Assembly: GCA_965113315.1 (NCBI GenBank)
Contig: OZ220371.1
Source of the DNA: Podarcis vaucheri
Lineage: Eukaryota
DNA: 64,000 nt
Direction: 5' to 3' (one strand)
The translations under genes were made by a program, and so were the position numbers. Below the pieces are notes generated by a model. That model was given only the letters and a program-made list of their open reading frames with translations, did not search any database and had not been told where the DNA came from. Position 1 is the first letter of the stretch, and each line of letters begins with the position of its first letter. This document shows, in pieces, positions 1 through 13,469 of the stretch.

Positions 1-1355
1 CTAGAAGGTCTGCCCAAGCCTCTGTCTGTTGGACTGTAATATAAGGAAGTCTGGAGGCACAAACAAGCAAGACAGTTAGCCTTTCATATGGGATTTCACT
101 GGTATAATTCATAAGAAATCACTATGCAATGACTATAGGAACATCATAATTTATCACACCAAGAGAAGCTTGAAAAATTAGAAGAGAGCCAGCTTTCAAA
201 GTTAATTTTATGTCCCTCATTTAATACCTGAAAGGTCAAGCAGCAAACTGTTCCTTTTTAAGCTTGTTCCCAAAATGATAGGTGCAATGATTTACATTGG
301 CTAAAAGGTGGAAGCTATAAAATCTCAGATAAATACATTAATCAATAAGTAAATGAGAGACTTTGAGATATCCTATAATTACTTACCAAAGTATTAATGT
401 CAAAGAAAGCTTGAAATTCTCTGTATACATAGCTTACACATCTATAACTTGCACGGCCACTTGGTGACCTTCTTAACTTCATGTTAAGAGCAGAGTTGGT
501 CCCACCAACCTAAAGACTTTTTCCGTTGCTTAAGAAGTGACAGCCGAATGACCTTTGGGAATGCAAATACTTAAAACTTGTCAATATATGCTCAGTCCTT
601 AGTGACACACTATTTTTAATCTAGTCACTTAACTGGTGTGAAAGCTTGCGCTGGAATTAGACACACATCGTACTACAGTTTGTGGGAGCTAAAAAAGAAT
701 CATGTTATCCCAGGGACATCTTTTCATGGGCACAAAACTATGCATTCACATATTAAGCATATTTTACATTCAGGCTATGTAATTTCAGAGATGACCCAAG
801 GAGCTGAAAATAGAATTTTCACACTGTGTGCTACTGTTCTTTGTGGAAAAGCAGGAGGTCAGGCTGAAATCACACATAAAATGTATTATGGGAAGCAATT
901 GCTATTGCATTGCATCTGGGTGAACCCATTTACTTTTGGCGAGTGACAGCAGAGCTTGTATTCGTATTTACATTTTAATTTTCTTATACATCACTTCAGT
1001 AATTTCTTTTTTCGCTGCGCCGAGAGAGACGGCAAAAGAGATTTTGCATCACCACCCACCCAGAATGGACTCCAGAATTTATTGAGCCTGGGCACCGGAC
1101 TATTCCTGTGTTGCGTCCTCTTCCTCCTTGCTGTGCACCACCCTAACAGTGGGGACTGGGAGCCCAGCAGGAGACAAGGCCGGTGGACTGCTGAATCTGC
1201 TCTGCCTCTTATAGTGTTAGTAGCTATTCTGGGGGATCCAGTCAGCAGTGAGTTCCCTGCCAATCTGCAGGCTCTTGCCAAATGCCTAAACATGCTGACT
1301 ACTGACATCAGGGCCTTTTACCACAACTGGCATTCATTACAAATGCATTGTATAG

Positions 1356-1546
1356 TAGAACACAGAAACAAAGGAAGTTGCTATGTGCTAGCTGCCACCT
1401 AACCCAGTTTTGTCCATTCTGGCAGACAATGGACGGGGTATCAGGCAGCGGCCTTTCCCATCACCTGCTACCTGGAGAAGCTAGGAATTAAACCTGGCAC
1501 CTTCTGAATGTGGAGCATGAGCTCCACTACTGAGCTACAGTCCCTT
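1356..1546 (-). mobile_element. tRNA-derived squamate SINE (Squam3-like), degraded
   Basis: Reverse strand starts aagggactgtagctcagtagtggagctcatg...ggtgccaggtttaattcct (A/B-box-like head). Confidence 0.6.
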
Positions 1547-1598
1547 CTCAGTAACAAGACCCAAAAGTAATTTGGGAACAGGATCTGTTGGAGATATT

Positions 1599-2003
1599 TA
1601 AGTACATAAGAAGAGGCTGCTGGATCAGGCCAGTGGCCCATCTAGTCCAGTATCCATTTTTCACAGAGGTCTGTGGGAAGCCCACAAGCAAGACCTAAGT
1701 GCACCTCCTCTCCTGCAGATCTCAGAAACTGGTATTCAGAGACGTACTGCCTCCAGCTGTGGAGGTAGACCATAGTCACTATGACTAGTAGCCATCAATA
1801 GCCTTTTCCTCCATGAATTTCCCTGTTTAGGGAAGTTTTTAATGTTTGAAGTTTTATTCTGTTTTTAGTGTTCTGTTGATAGCCGCCCAGAGTGGCTGGG
1901 GAAACCCAGCCAGATGGGTGGGGTATAAATAATAAAATTATTATTATTATAACCCTTTTTTAAAGCCATCAAGGTTTGTGGCCATCACTGCCTCCTGTGG
2001 GAG
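1599..2003 (-). mobile_element. CR1 LINE 3' end, interrupted by an L2-type tail
   Basis: taagtacataagaagaggctgctggatcaggcc...catctagtccag is the reverse CR1 3' terminus; the sequence resumes after 1950. Confidence 0.65.
1821..1950 (+). mobile_element. Short L2-type 3' tail (gccgcccagagtggctggggaaacccagccagatggg...(TAT)n)
   Basis: Near-identical to 57119-57170; ends in an (ATT)n microsatellite. Confidence 0.7.
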
Positions 2004-2299
2004 CTAAAATACCAGAGGAGCATACACATTTCCAACATCTCCAAATTGATTTTTCCCTTGGAAACCAAGTTATGCAGAAGTCGTTATCAACAAGTATTCA
2101 AGATCTTAATCATATTTTAAAGGCAGAGAAATAATATTTTTGAACATAATAGAAATGCAGTTGAAACCTAGAAAATGATTTAATTTAGTATGCACTTTAA
2201 AAGTGTAACATTTTAAGAAAGTTCACTCCCCCCCAATTTGATCATGAAATAGATGCTGATGAGACAAGACACTATGTGTATTATTATTATTTATTATTA

Positions 2300-2479
2300 C
2301 CGTATTTACCCGAATCTAATGCTCACCTGTTTTTGCCAAATTATGTTGCAAAAATTAAGGTTTGTATTAGATTCGATGGCATATTTACATTTGCCAGCAA
2401 ATACTTTTTTTTGTTTCAAGGTTCTGAAAATTGAGGTGTGCATTAGATTTGATGGCACATTAGACTCTAGTAAATATGG
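2300..2479. mobile_element. Tc1/mariner-superfamily (Tc2/pogo-like) MITE
   Basis: TA|ccgtatttacccgaatctaatg ... cattagactctagtaaatatgg|TA: imperfect TIRs with TA TSD. Confidence 0.75.
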
Positions 2480-3359
2480 TATTTAGATTTCTTACCCACC
2501 CTCCCCCATAAGGTTCCAGGGCAAGTTAAAAAAATATAAAAACATAATATTAAAATCAGTTAAACAAATGTCTATCAAAAAAGAATAGGGTAAGTCCTAA
2601 AACATCTCTCAGGTATCAAAGACCAAGGTAAAGAAATGTGTCTTCAGCATAGGATGAAATGAGAATTATTCCAGTGGAGTTTGCAGAGAAAAAAGCTTAA
2701 GAACTGGAGATGTGAAAAACTTACTTGAGTTTAGTCACCAATTTCATTGCTTCATGCAAATGGATGAACAAACAATGAAGGGGATAGTTGACTTAACAAT
2801 ATAGAATAGTGGTTTGTTTTGCCCTAACAAACCAGGATTCATAAACCAAGAACAAACCTTGATTTAAGGTTGACTTGTTAAGGAGAAATAAACCATCCTT
2901 CTGGGTTTAAATGAATATTAAGTGAAACCTTTCCTGTTTTGTTTAACTGCTTGTGCACCAGCATGCAGCCAGGGCTGACCAACTCCATTTTACTGCTGAG
3001 AGTGAAGGCTAAGATTCTATCTCCAGAAGCTCATTTGACAGGCAGCTGAATCTTACGTCAACACTTGCAGTAGGACAGTATGGTCTACCTCACCTGGGGG
3101 AAACAGCAAGCTGTATGGTATGCACTGCTCTGTTCTTTAGGACCTTGTGGCTATTCCCTATGCCTCACTTTGCCTAAAGGTAGGGCCAGCCTGCATCCAT
3201 CTTATGCACAAAACATTTCCTTAAGCCAAAATTCATGCCTTGTTATAATGTGTAACATTGCCTACATACAACTGCCCAAATAATTGCAAATGTTGCTTAT
3301 TCTGCATTTCATGAACAATGAAGAGATATGAAAACCACACATCTCCAAGAAATTTGGCT

Positions 3360-3421
3360 AATCATAGTAGAGTTGGAAGGGACCTCGAGGGTCATCTAGT
3401 CCAACTCTCTGCAATGCAGGA
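3360..3421 (-). mobile_element. Short CR1 3' terminal fragment
   Basis: agagttggaagggacctcgagggtcatctagtccaac is the reverse complement of the CR1 tail at ~8990-9030. Confidence 0.65.
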
Positions 3422-5949
3422 TGCTAAGTTTTCCTCAAGATTGCCTCAGTCATACAGAAACCTCCATATCTGTCTTGTATTTTGATATGGGCAAAATATG
3501 GTGGCTACTCTATTTAGAATGGCTCCAGGAAATGACTCAGCATTTTAAATGTTTCTTCAAATTGTCCCATTCCACCCCCTCGATGCTGTCCCTATCTTTT
3601 CTTGCTGTCTCATGGAAATCTTAAACCACTGCCTTGTTTTAAACTGACAACAAAAGAGAGAGAAAACGTCAGAACTGTTTAACTTTGCATTTTCTAAAAT
3701 AAATAGGCCTCGTTTTCCTTTAAGCAAGGTGGAAATACATTTCCTGCTGAATTTAATGTCTCAAGGGAAAACTGTTTTCAAAATCTTTGTGACATTGAGC
3801 AAACTAATTTGCTCATTATAAATTGCCTGTTTGGGGGCAGGTACTGATTTGCAGCTGTCATTTGCAGCTGCAAAATGCATCACCAAATCATCACCAAATT
3901 TTATTTTTAAAAGTGAAAAGGAGATATACAATAGTGCAAGTTAACAGTACCTGGAGAACATCATCGAGGTATTTGAATATTACCAAAACAGTCCTGTTTG
4001 TTTCATTTTGAAGGCTCGTTTTTTGGTCCTGCTAAACTGTAAAATATTCATACTGCTACACTCTGTTACATTCTGATACATGAAGGATACCAAGGCTCTC
4101 AAATCTGAGGATGTGCATATTGTCTACTCTAGATGACAAGAACTGCCTTCTACTTTCTATGCTGCTGGATTAGAGAGAGGGGCCACTGCCAAGTTGCCTA
4201 GTCTCTGCTATTCCTTGTCTTGCTTCCTCCAATCCATTCATCTCACATGTGCCTCTGGTCTGCTGAGAGATGCCAGCTACCAACCTCTCCCTCTCTTGCT
4301 GCTGCCTAGCTGTGCTCCTGGGCAACATGACTTGCTGGGAGCAGCCACCAGCAACAACATTCCACCCAAACTCCAACCCCTGTGTCCACTGTGTAAATCC
4401 CAGAAATTCCAGGGTAAATAAGCAGAGCACTGGACCAGGACATCCTGCTTAAGGCAATTTCACACTGAAGAACAACACCTAGTTTCTTCTTTCCCTTGAG
4501 AGAAAGAGGAGAAGGCACAGTGGTGGTGGCAAGACACAGAACAGGTCAGAAGAAGAGCAGTGAGCATGTGCAGCAGTCAGAATGGACCTTTGTGGAGAAG
4601 CAAGTATGTCTTGTACGTACAAGTCAGGGCAGGAGAGTGCAGTGTGCTGCCCCATTGCCCGTATGAGGGACCCTCCACTGATGCTAGAAAGAAACCGAGT
4701 TATAATTGTACTTAATTAGAAGGCCTGTTTATAGGGTGTTGTGTCTATGAGCACTACATAGAAACCAAGCGAAAGAGAACTCATGATGTATGCAGTTCCC
4801 GAGTTTTAATCATTGATAGAAGAAACATGCTTAATTTACCTCATTGGAAAGACCTGGAGGATTGTCTTGAACATAATCCAAAAGCTTTTTAGGAGGCTGC
4901 ATCATTTTAGCAGAATTGCGAGATGAAATGGAGGAGAATCAATAGCAGCAAGGAATGGAACATGTGGAGAAGGTGAACATAGTTAGAAACTGAGTGTGGA
5001 CAGATTACAAGAGTGGCACAAACATAACAAAAATGTGGGGAATAGTGAATGTGGAAAATGTGCAACAGAAAGTATACAACCATCTTATTAAACCCTTGCC
5101 TAGTTTAAAATCAGCTGCCTTAATTCTTACAAGACAAACAAATGTCAAGAAAAAACATTCAAATATATCACCAGCTCCTATTTAGATCTCTGCTGATTTT
5201 TAGGGTGAGGGAAAAGTGTTCTGGGGTGCAAATAACCAAAGTTCTGCTTCTCTCCCTTCCACCTTCATTCATTTTGTTGGACTTGAATGAACAGCTAGGG
5301 ATGCTTGGGTAATTTTCTCTTTGAATTCTGATACAAACTACACTAATCATCACCTACCAGACTAAGGTACAGACCCAGACATACTCATTCTCTGTATTTG
5401 GCATTTCTATTAACATTGTGGCGCAGTGTGGAAGATGGTGGTCTCTTTCTCTACTTATTTCATTATCACTGATTTTGTGTTTCTGCAACTATAACAGAAG
5501 ATCTCTTAGGGTCTAAATTAGAATAATGATCAATTTAATTATTGAATCTAAACAAGCATAGTAAAACTTTAATAAAAAGTATAACATACTATGTTTTTCT
5601 TGTCATTTAAAATTGCTTTTAGATATTAGTCTCAGGAATCAGTACTCCAAATTAGTGATCATCTGTGTTTTCAATAGTAAAGGGCCCAGGAAAAACTATT
5701 AAAGGAAGTTCAGTTTGGTGAGCCATTCTTATGAAACATTCTCTGAGCTTTAGTGGATTTTCTTCAAACATTCCAAATGTATATACCACAACCACAATAT
5801 CTAACACACAAGACCTTTGACGGTGTGCATCTATTATTCCTTTTTTAAGTCACTGAAGCATGTCTGGAATCTAGGCAATTTGATCTAGAAAAGTGTAAAC
5901 TGCATCTTATTTCCTAAAGTTTATCTATTGATATTCTAGCCTCACTTAC

Positions 5950-6033
5950 CGGGCGTCCAAACTCCAGCTCAGAAAAGAATTTATACCAGGGTTCATTTTC
6001 TAAATCTATGTCATCTGGGTTTATGCGACCCAT
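5950..6033 (-). CDS. SORBS2: SORBS2 84-nt cassette exon MGRINPDDIDLENEPWYKFFSELEFGRP (phase 0-0)
   Basis: ttcttccag|ATG...CCG|gtaagt; matches the recalled alternative exon TDRINPDDIDLENEPWYKFFSELEFGRP. Confidence 0.94.
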
Positions 6034-8085
6034 CTGGAAGAATTGTGAAGGAGAAAGGGAAGGAAAAGGCACACACTGATCAAAGTGTTGGAAATGACAT
6101 GGTACACTGATGACACACAGACATTAACACAAATAATAGGAAAGAAAGAGTGAAACAAAAACAAAAGGATGGAGGGGACTTCATGGTGAAGTGAGATTTG
6201 ATTTGAGAGTTGTCACACTGTGGTGGTTTGAACTCCTCCTTTTCAGCTTCTCCTCCAAAGGATTGTTGTGTACACACAATACAGAAAATATGATGGGTTT
6301 TTAAGAAGATTACATCAGATTACTTTGTGCCGCTGTTTCTTTTTTTTAAAAAAGCACTATTATACAACAAATAGAAGCATGTTTGGTTGCATTCGGGGAT
6401 GCAGTATATATGCTTTCTTTTTCAGCATCTATGTAACTCTCAATGATAGGTAAATGCACATGATTTGGGGCAGAATTTGGACAACCCAAGGAAAACAAGT
6501 TAATTTTGCATTTTGAAGTCAAGCACTCTGAAGTAGTATGCAGGATGATGACAGCACAACCTCCTCCTTCAGCCATTATAAAATAAACTACTCATATAGT
6601 ACTGACAGGTGTGTCTCTCTGTGTGAAATGTTTCGCATCACTACCTGACACTTGAAGAAAAAGGTTATTTGGGGAGATGGGAGCCATAGACAGCATCTAG
6701 GGTGAGTTCAAGGTACTTGGCCAGACAGGCAGCTAGTGCTGTCAATTTTAGACAGCATGTATGACTTTTCAAGGATGGGAGAATAAATGTAGCCACCCAT
6801 TCCCATGTCCTCTTTCAATAAATAATCAGGTGTCTGAATAATCATGATGAAGTAGTTAGAGAGTGTTGAATTTGGAGTGAGATGACCCCCTTTCACCCAT
6901 AAAGTTCACTGGGTGACCTTTGACCACTTCCTCTCAACTAATTTCCTATGTTGTTTCGAGAATAAAAAAAATAAAGGAAGGATGGGCCACATCCTTGGAG
7001 GAAGGGCGGTATATGAATGAGATAATAAAATATATGTTATTAATTTTTATTTTCCTGGCAATTTGATATTCATTCAGCACACTGATTTACCCCCAGTGGT
7101 GATGGTTTGTGAAGAAGGCAGCCACAGCTGATTGGGTGCTTCCATGAGGGTCTGTCTTTAGTGTGCACTCTTTAAAGTGATGAACAACTTTTTAGAGCAT
7201 CATCAATACATAGTCAAATAAAGCAGCCTTTTCCCCACAGTCATCATGGGACACATCCTTTTGATTCACCTATTGTGCTGTAGAGGGCAGCAAGAAACAA
7301 GAATTTCTGCTCAGAGCCTTTTGCAATTGTACAGCCCCAGCTTCACCTTTCAGGACAAGTCTTTAGCAAAATTATTCCCATCAGAAGCAGCCGGAGTCTC
7401 AAATAACATCTAACATCCTATATTCCAAGTGGGGGAATTAGGTGAACACAAGAAGAACAAGTGATTTTCCTTTTGACACCACTGCTGAGCATTTTCCTTT
7501 TTGCCATGGCACAATTCTTTTTATCTGCTACTTTGGTAGCTGCTGTTTTTTGTTAGTTATAATTTCTTTATGAGTTACATTTTTAAATTAGTCACCACGA
7601 GACAGTATGGAATCAAAGATGAGATAAAATATTTAAAGTGAATTTCGTACACACAAATTCAGAAATTGCCACTCCTGACATACCTTTAGGTTTTTTTCAG
7701 ATCCACAGAACAAATTCCCTGAACTTACATACTGCTTGTAAGCTCAGATGCTATTAGTTTCCACCAGCTGAACATCACAATTTGTGTTAGCTGTGCAACA
7801 GTAAATGCATTAGTGTTAGAGTAAGCATCCCCAGGATTCCCCTCTTTCATTCACCATGCCATACCATCCTCTTCAGTAGTCAAATGCTAACATTTCTGGC
7901 TTTGTAGCACTTTTCTGTGTTTATTTTTCTGTGTTTACTCATAAAGATGATGGATAACTACCATGCACAAAGCTTATTACTTTCTGTCTCCAATTTTTGT
8001 TCCATGATTAATTGAAAAGCTTGGGTCAAGTACAATATTCTTGGTCAGATAAAATGTGGTTTATCAGTCTGAAAAAGAGCAGTGT

Positions 8086-8131
8086 CCTTCCTTCCTTCCT
8101 TCCTTCCTTCCTTCCTTCCTTCCTTCCTTCC

Positions 8132-8177
<46 letters not shown>
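8086..8177. repeat. Compound microsatellite (CCTT)n(CT)n
   Basis: Directly visible pure polypyrimidine tract. Confidence 0.97.
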
Positions 8178-8179
<2 letters not shown>

Positions 8180-8674
8180 GAATGACTTGATGCAAGGTTT
8201 CCAGAACTCCTTACATAAAAATCAGAGAACTGTGGTTAAGGCTACTGAAAATTGCTAACCACAGATTGCACCAGTTCACAAACAAGAGGACTGCAGCCCT
8301 TGTTTAAAGCACTGTTTACTGGTTTATATGTATATAGGAAACTGGATATAACAGGAAACTCTGGAAGTCTTGCACTAAGGTAGGAAGGAAGCACTGTGGC
8401 ATATGGTCCAACAAACCATAATTTATCAGATTGAGATCATTCCATCTGAACTGAGTCAAATGTATTTTTTTTGGGGGGGGGAGGGCATGGATATAGGAAG
8501 GCATCTAGCTCAAAGGTTTCTGAATATGGAGACTCCATTTGGTTATTATGACTAAAATGATCTGCTAGAGAAATTTATGGAGAATGTCCTATATCTAGAC
8601 TTACATGTAGATAAGCTTTTGACACAATCTAACATTGTGTACAACTGCAGCTGGTTGACTGATGGAACCCAAAA

Positions 8675-9043
8675 GGACTGGAGAAGAGATGATTGAGATG
8701 TGATATGATAGCCATCTTCAAATATATCTGAAGGGCCATCATATGGATGATGGAGCAAGCTTGTTTCTGCTGCTCCAGAGCATAGACTCTGGACCAATGA
8801 ATTCAAATTAGAAGAATGGATATTCTGACTAAACATCAGGAATAACTTTTTGACAGTAAGAGCTGTTTGACAGGGGAATGAACTACTTCAAAAGGACTAC
8901 TCCAATGGACTCTCCATTGGAGGTTTTGAAATAGAAGCTGGATGGTCATCTGTCAGGGATTCCTTAGCTGCTGTTGATGCACTGCAGGGGGTTGGACTAG
9001 ATGCCATTGGGATCCCTTCCAACTCTATAATTCTGATTCTGTG
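8675..9043 (+). mobile_element. CR1 LINE 3' fragment (end of ORF2 plus 3' UTR)
   Basis: gatatgatagccatcttcaaatat...ggggttggactagatg...cccttccaactcta with an attct tail. Confidence 0.8.
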
Positions 9044-9185
9044 AAATAGGCGTGCTCAACTGGTTTGTTAACTTGCCAACTGGCACAACATCTATTCAGA
9101 ATCCTGGTAACCCACCAGGGCCTGATAACAGGCTAGTGAGCGAATGTTAGGTTTCTGATTTTTGTAATAAGGTAAGCTCATACAC

Positions 9186-9438
9186 CAGGGGTCAGCAAAC
9201 ATTTTCAGCTGTGGGCTGGTTCACCATTCCTCAGACCATGTGGTGTGCCAGAATATATTTTGAAGAGAGAGAAAAAGAACAAATTCCTATGCCCCACAAA
9301 TCACCCAGAGATTCATTTTAAATAAAAGTACACATTCTACTCATGTAAAAACATGCTACTTCCTGGACTGTCCATAGGCTGGATTTGGAAGGTGATTGGG
9401 CTGCATCTGGCCCACAGGTCTTAGGTTGCCTACCCCTG
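9186..9438. mobile_element. hAT non-autonomous element
   Basis: TIRs caggggtcagcaaac / ggttgcctacccctg; 8-bp TSD tcatacac / ctatacac (6/8). Confidence 0.75.
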
Positions 9439-10899
9439 CTATACACTATACATGTTTAAAAAGCTGTCCCCCCCCAAAAAAAAAGTAATACAGCAACTCC
9501 ATACAGCTATGTGTGTAAGCAGGACAGTAAAAAATTGTGTTACTTGATCTGCACTGTCAAAATGTAAGATGTTGTGTGTGCATAAATAAAGAGGCAACTG
9601 AGGTCTCAATCAAAAATAGAGCCCTGGATACATATCTCCACTTTTTGTCCTGGTACTAATTTACACATGCCTCCTCTCTTTATATGCTTTTGGGGGAGGA
9701 CTACAAACTGTTAGTTGAAGGTATGGGGTTTTCTTCTTAAAAAATGCAGAATTTGCACAACTGTACTCATGCATGCAACATGCATACAAACAGATGTTGG
9801 GGAAAATCATAATTTGTTTTAAAGGGAAAAGTGCTCCAAATATATTTCAGGGATGGACATGTATGATCTAACATTCATTATTGAAAAACATTTAGAGTTG
9901 TTTTTGTTGCAGCACTCATGTTGCTGAGCTGTTTCAGTGATGTCTCATTTTAGATTTTATTTTTTCTTGCAGAATTTCATAAAACTGCACTAGTTGTAAG
10001 CCTTACTGAGAGTTATTTTGACAGAGAACATGGAATATAGCAGACTCAGAAATAACTGAAAGGGCTCAACAAAACAAGGGCTGCCCCCCAAAACAGCTCT
10101 ATTTCCCCTCTAAGTAATTTATACTTTTCAATCAATGATGTGACAAACCCAACATAGAAAAATGTCTGTCAATTATGAATTGCACACCCAACCCTGTGTA
10201 ATATGGGCCTCTTGGGTGGGCAGTTCCTTGTAATAATTTGATAGCCTTCCTTTGATGAAATGACAGATATCCATGAGGCCATGAATGCTGCTTTCTGACA
10301 TACTGAATAAAGCAAAGCTGTAATGCTAATTGAGGAATAGCACTTTGCCAGGGTATCAATATGACATCTTAAAAAATTTATTTGCTCCTCTTTTTTACCC
10401 TGGACTTGGGACCAAACTAGCCTGGGCACTGAGAGAGGTCCTCAGTTGGATCTCCCACATATTATTTAAAGCATTGGGGAGGGGATCTGAGCCAGGAGTA
10501 CCATCAATATGGTTATGTGGTAAATAGCAGTTTCAGCTTGTTCTGTTGAGCAGTGCGCAGAGCAGTGTTTGCAGACTGCTTGCCTGGAATCTCTAGTCAA
10601 CTGAGGCCAAGCCACATGTGATAAGGCCTTATATAGGCCTCCCTGTATTTTTGCCTCCAAATCTCACAAGATACAGGGGATCCCGAGTAAAGAGATTATA
10701 TGCCTCTCTACTCTCAAAGTGGCTCTACTCTCCCATGACTTCCCTTCCCATCTTGTTGTGGTGTTTCAGTTTCCCAGGCATCATGCACTGCTGTTGACAG
10801 TAGCCAGGAAGTAGAGAGGAAGGCAGGTGGTGTTGCCTCTACTTCCTGTGCCACAGCCCCAGCACAGATGGCTGCAGGGTTTGTTTGTTTTGGAGGGGA

Positions 10900-11190
10900 G
10901 GGGCTTTCTATAATAGTCAAACTCTGAGTTGTCTTAAGAGCCTCTAACTCAAGATGAAGGATAAGCATCATCACACCTATGATGCCAGGTAAAAACATTC
11001 TTGTTTAGGCAAGCTTACCCAGAGGCTTTAAATATGTTGGTGTGAGTTTTAAATATGTTTTGGTATTTTAACTTTTTATATGTTTTAAAGTATTGTATTT
11101 TTTATTGATTTTATCTTTAGGTAAACTGCTTTGAGGTCATTGTTGTTTTTACAAACAGGCAGGCAGTGTATAAATTTTGCAAAATAAATA
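10900..11190 (+). mobile_element. Degraded L2 LINE 3' end
   Basis: aaaacattcttgtttaggcaagct...T-rich UTR...gtaaactgctttgagg...cagtgtataaatt...aaataaata. Confidence 0.5.
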
Positions 11191-12487
11191 CCTATAGGTT
11201 TTGACACATGGCATACTAAAATGTAGAACTTTCAACTTCTGTTTTGAGACGTTTGAAATAGCACACCTGTTTGATACAAAGCGCCTTTTAGGATCAAATA
11301 CATATTTTTTGGTATTATTTCTAAGTACATATTTCTAAAGCTACTGCTAAAAATAATATACATTCTGAAGAGTAAAAACATATGAGCACAAGGAATACTG
11401 TGTACCTCCTGGCTTTGACTGCTAACTTCTTTACATTTTTCTCCATAAACAGAGGAAAGCAGCAGAGCTCTTGGAAAGCAGAGGAATTGGGGTTTAGCTT
11501 GCTAGAGGAATGATAAGACAGGAGCTCTCAAAACCAGAAGATAATTCAGAAGATAATTTATTACCCAACACATTTTTAATATAACTATTCTTCCTCAGGG
11601 TCAACCCTGATTTCAAACTATTCCACACCATGCCTTTCCCTGCTTTTTGAGATACTTCAAAATGCAGTTTTGGTCCCTTTCTGAAAGAGAGGAATAAATG
11701 CATTGAGCACCGCATTATTTTCTGTATGCTTTTGAAGTCTCCTCCCCTTTTGATCCTGTGTTTGGTGCCTTTCTTTCCCTCTTCTGTTATCTTTTCGGAG
11801 GAACTCAGCAATTGAAAAAACAATGAAAAAACAAGTCTGTGATGCATTTAAGTATCCAGGGCTGCTAATGTTACATTGGCATCATGGGCAGTTATGTGGT
11901 TTCCAAATAGCTAGCATTCAACAGGCCCTTGAAGCAAAACCTCTATAACCTATGCCTACAGGGGCCATGTGTTTTGCAAAAAGCACTGATATTTGATGTA
12001 GCAAAATGGTGAAACTGGTGAAAATCGGCCCTTATGAGAATGAATGTGGCCTCCCTCTGGCTTGTGCTCCCCTCCTCTTCCCTCCCCCACATAACCACTA
12101 TTAAGCATGTTGTCTGAATCCTAAACATGCTTAAATTTGACTATGGTTAGTGAAAACAAGCCATCTTCACAAATGATTGCTTGAAGTTGGCTTGTTGTTA
12201 CTAACCATGGCTAAGAACAACTGCATTTTTTCCTCTGGTCAACATTATTAGTACTTATTATTATTACCACCAAAGAGCAGGGTACGCTCCCATTTTCTTT
12301 TCTAGCAAGGTTCAGGCAACTTTAACAGCTGTGTGACCAAAAGAATTTCAACACACAAAACTTCTGCTATACTAGAAGTTGCACCTGTTAAATGTCTCCC
12401 TGTCATAAGCAGTTAAAAGCACAGGAGGCTTTCTAGAGAAGGAGGTGCCAACCATACATCAAGGAAGCAAATCTGGAGCCTTTAATA

Positions 12488-12723
12488 CAGTGGTGCCCCG
12501 CAAGACGAATGCCTCGCAAGACGAAAAACTCGCTAGATGAAAGGGTTTTTCGGTTTTGCGTTGCTTCGCTAGACGAATTTCCCTATGGGCTTGCTTCGCA
12601 AGACGAAAACGTCTTGCGCTTTTTTTAAAATGCCGCTTGAAGAGGCGCAGTTGCGACGGACCGTGCTTCGCAAGACGAAAAGACTCGCGGAACGAATTAT
12701 TTCCGTCTTGCGAGGCACCACTG
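12488..12723. mobile_element. Tigger/pogo-like MITE, copy 1
   Basis: TA|cagtggtgccccgcaagacg ... cgtcttgcgaggcaccactg|TA; internal gcaagacgaa repeats; CpG-rich, so probably young. Confidence 0.9.
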
Positions 12724-13469
12724 TACTATGATTCTAAGATCCAGTTGTGAAAGCAATGTGAGTGAATTCATGATGTGAACACAAGTGATATCCCTAAAGT
12801 GCAAAACCACATTCTTTTGCTTTCTGGGACAGAAAATAGTCCCCCCCCCCTCTCTCTCTCTCACACACATATATATATTTATGCCCATTCGCTCCATATT
12901 AGATTTCAATTCGCATTACAGCCCCAGGTAATGGGAATTAATTTCCCACTTCATGAGCATGCTATAAAAAGGCAAAGTCCCAATTATAGTGCACTCTGTA
13001 GATTGCATTTCTTTTGTCCACAAATTTTGCAGCTCTGACACAAAAAGGCATTGCCTATTACTTTATGCAAATGAACTGTTTTACAATTAACATCAGTTGT
13101 ACAGTGAAGACTTCAAAATTAATGTTACATTAACAACTTGGCTCTGTGCTAATTGATTTAGCGTCTGTTCAAAAGGAAGCGATTGTCAGAACACCACAGC
13201 TACCGTTTAAGATCCAGACCCCCAAAGTTCTTTGAAACATTTAGCATTTTGCAGCTCCCTTTGAACATTTAGCAACAAACTTACTCAATTTGTCACAACG
13301 TGAAATGGAGTCCTTGGCAATCAGTGCCAGCTACAAGCACAAGCAGGGTTTGGGGAGATGGTTATATTTAGATTATATCAATGATGAATCTCACATAACT
13401 AAAGCTTTATTCCAAGGGGGAAATCTGGTAAAAAATAAAGTGAATTAATTTAGGATTTGCTAGGCATTA

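Noticed and set aside
638-1402. ORFs of 102-148 aa near the left edge as a gene or SORBS2 exon
   Set aside because: No recognisable homology; the phase-0 reading from the plausible gene-strand acceptor (~1285) hits a stop, and I found no convincing donor.
10626-10640. CArG/SRF box (also ~61442)
   Set aside because: The spacer has 7 A/T bases rather than the 6 of CC(A/T)6GG.
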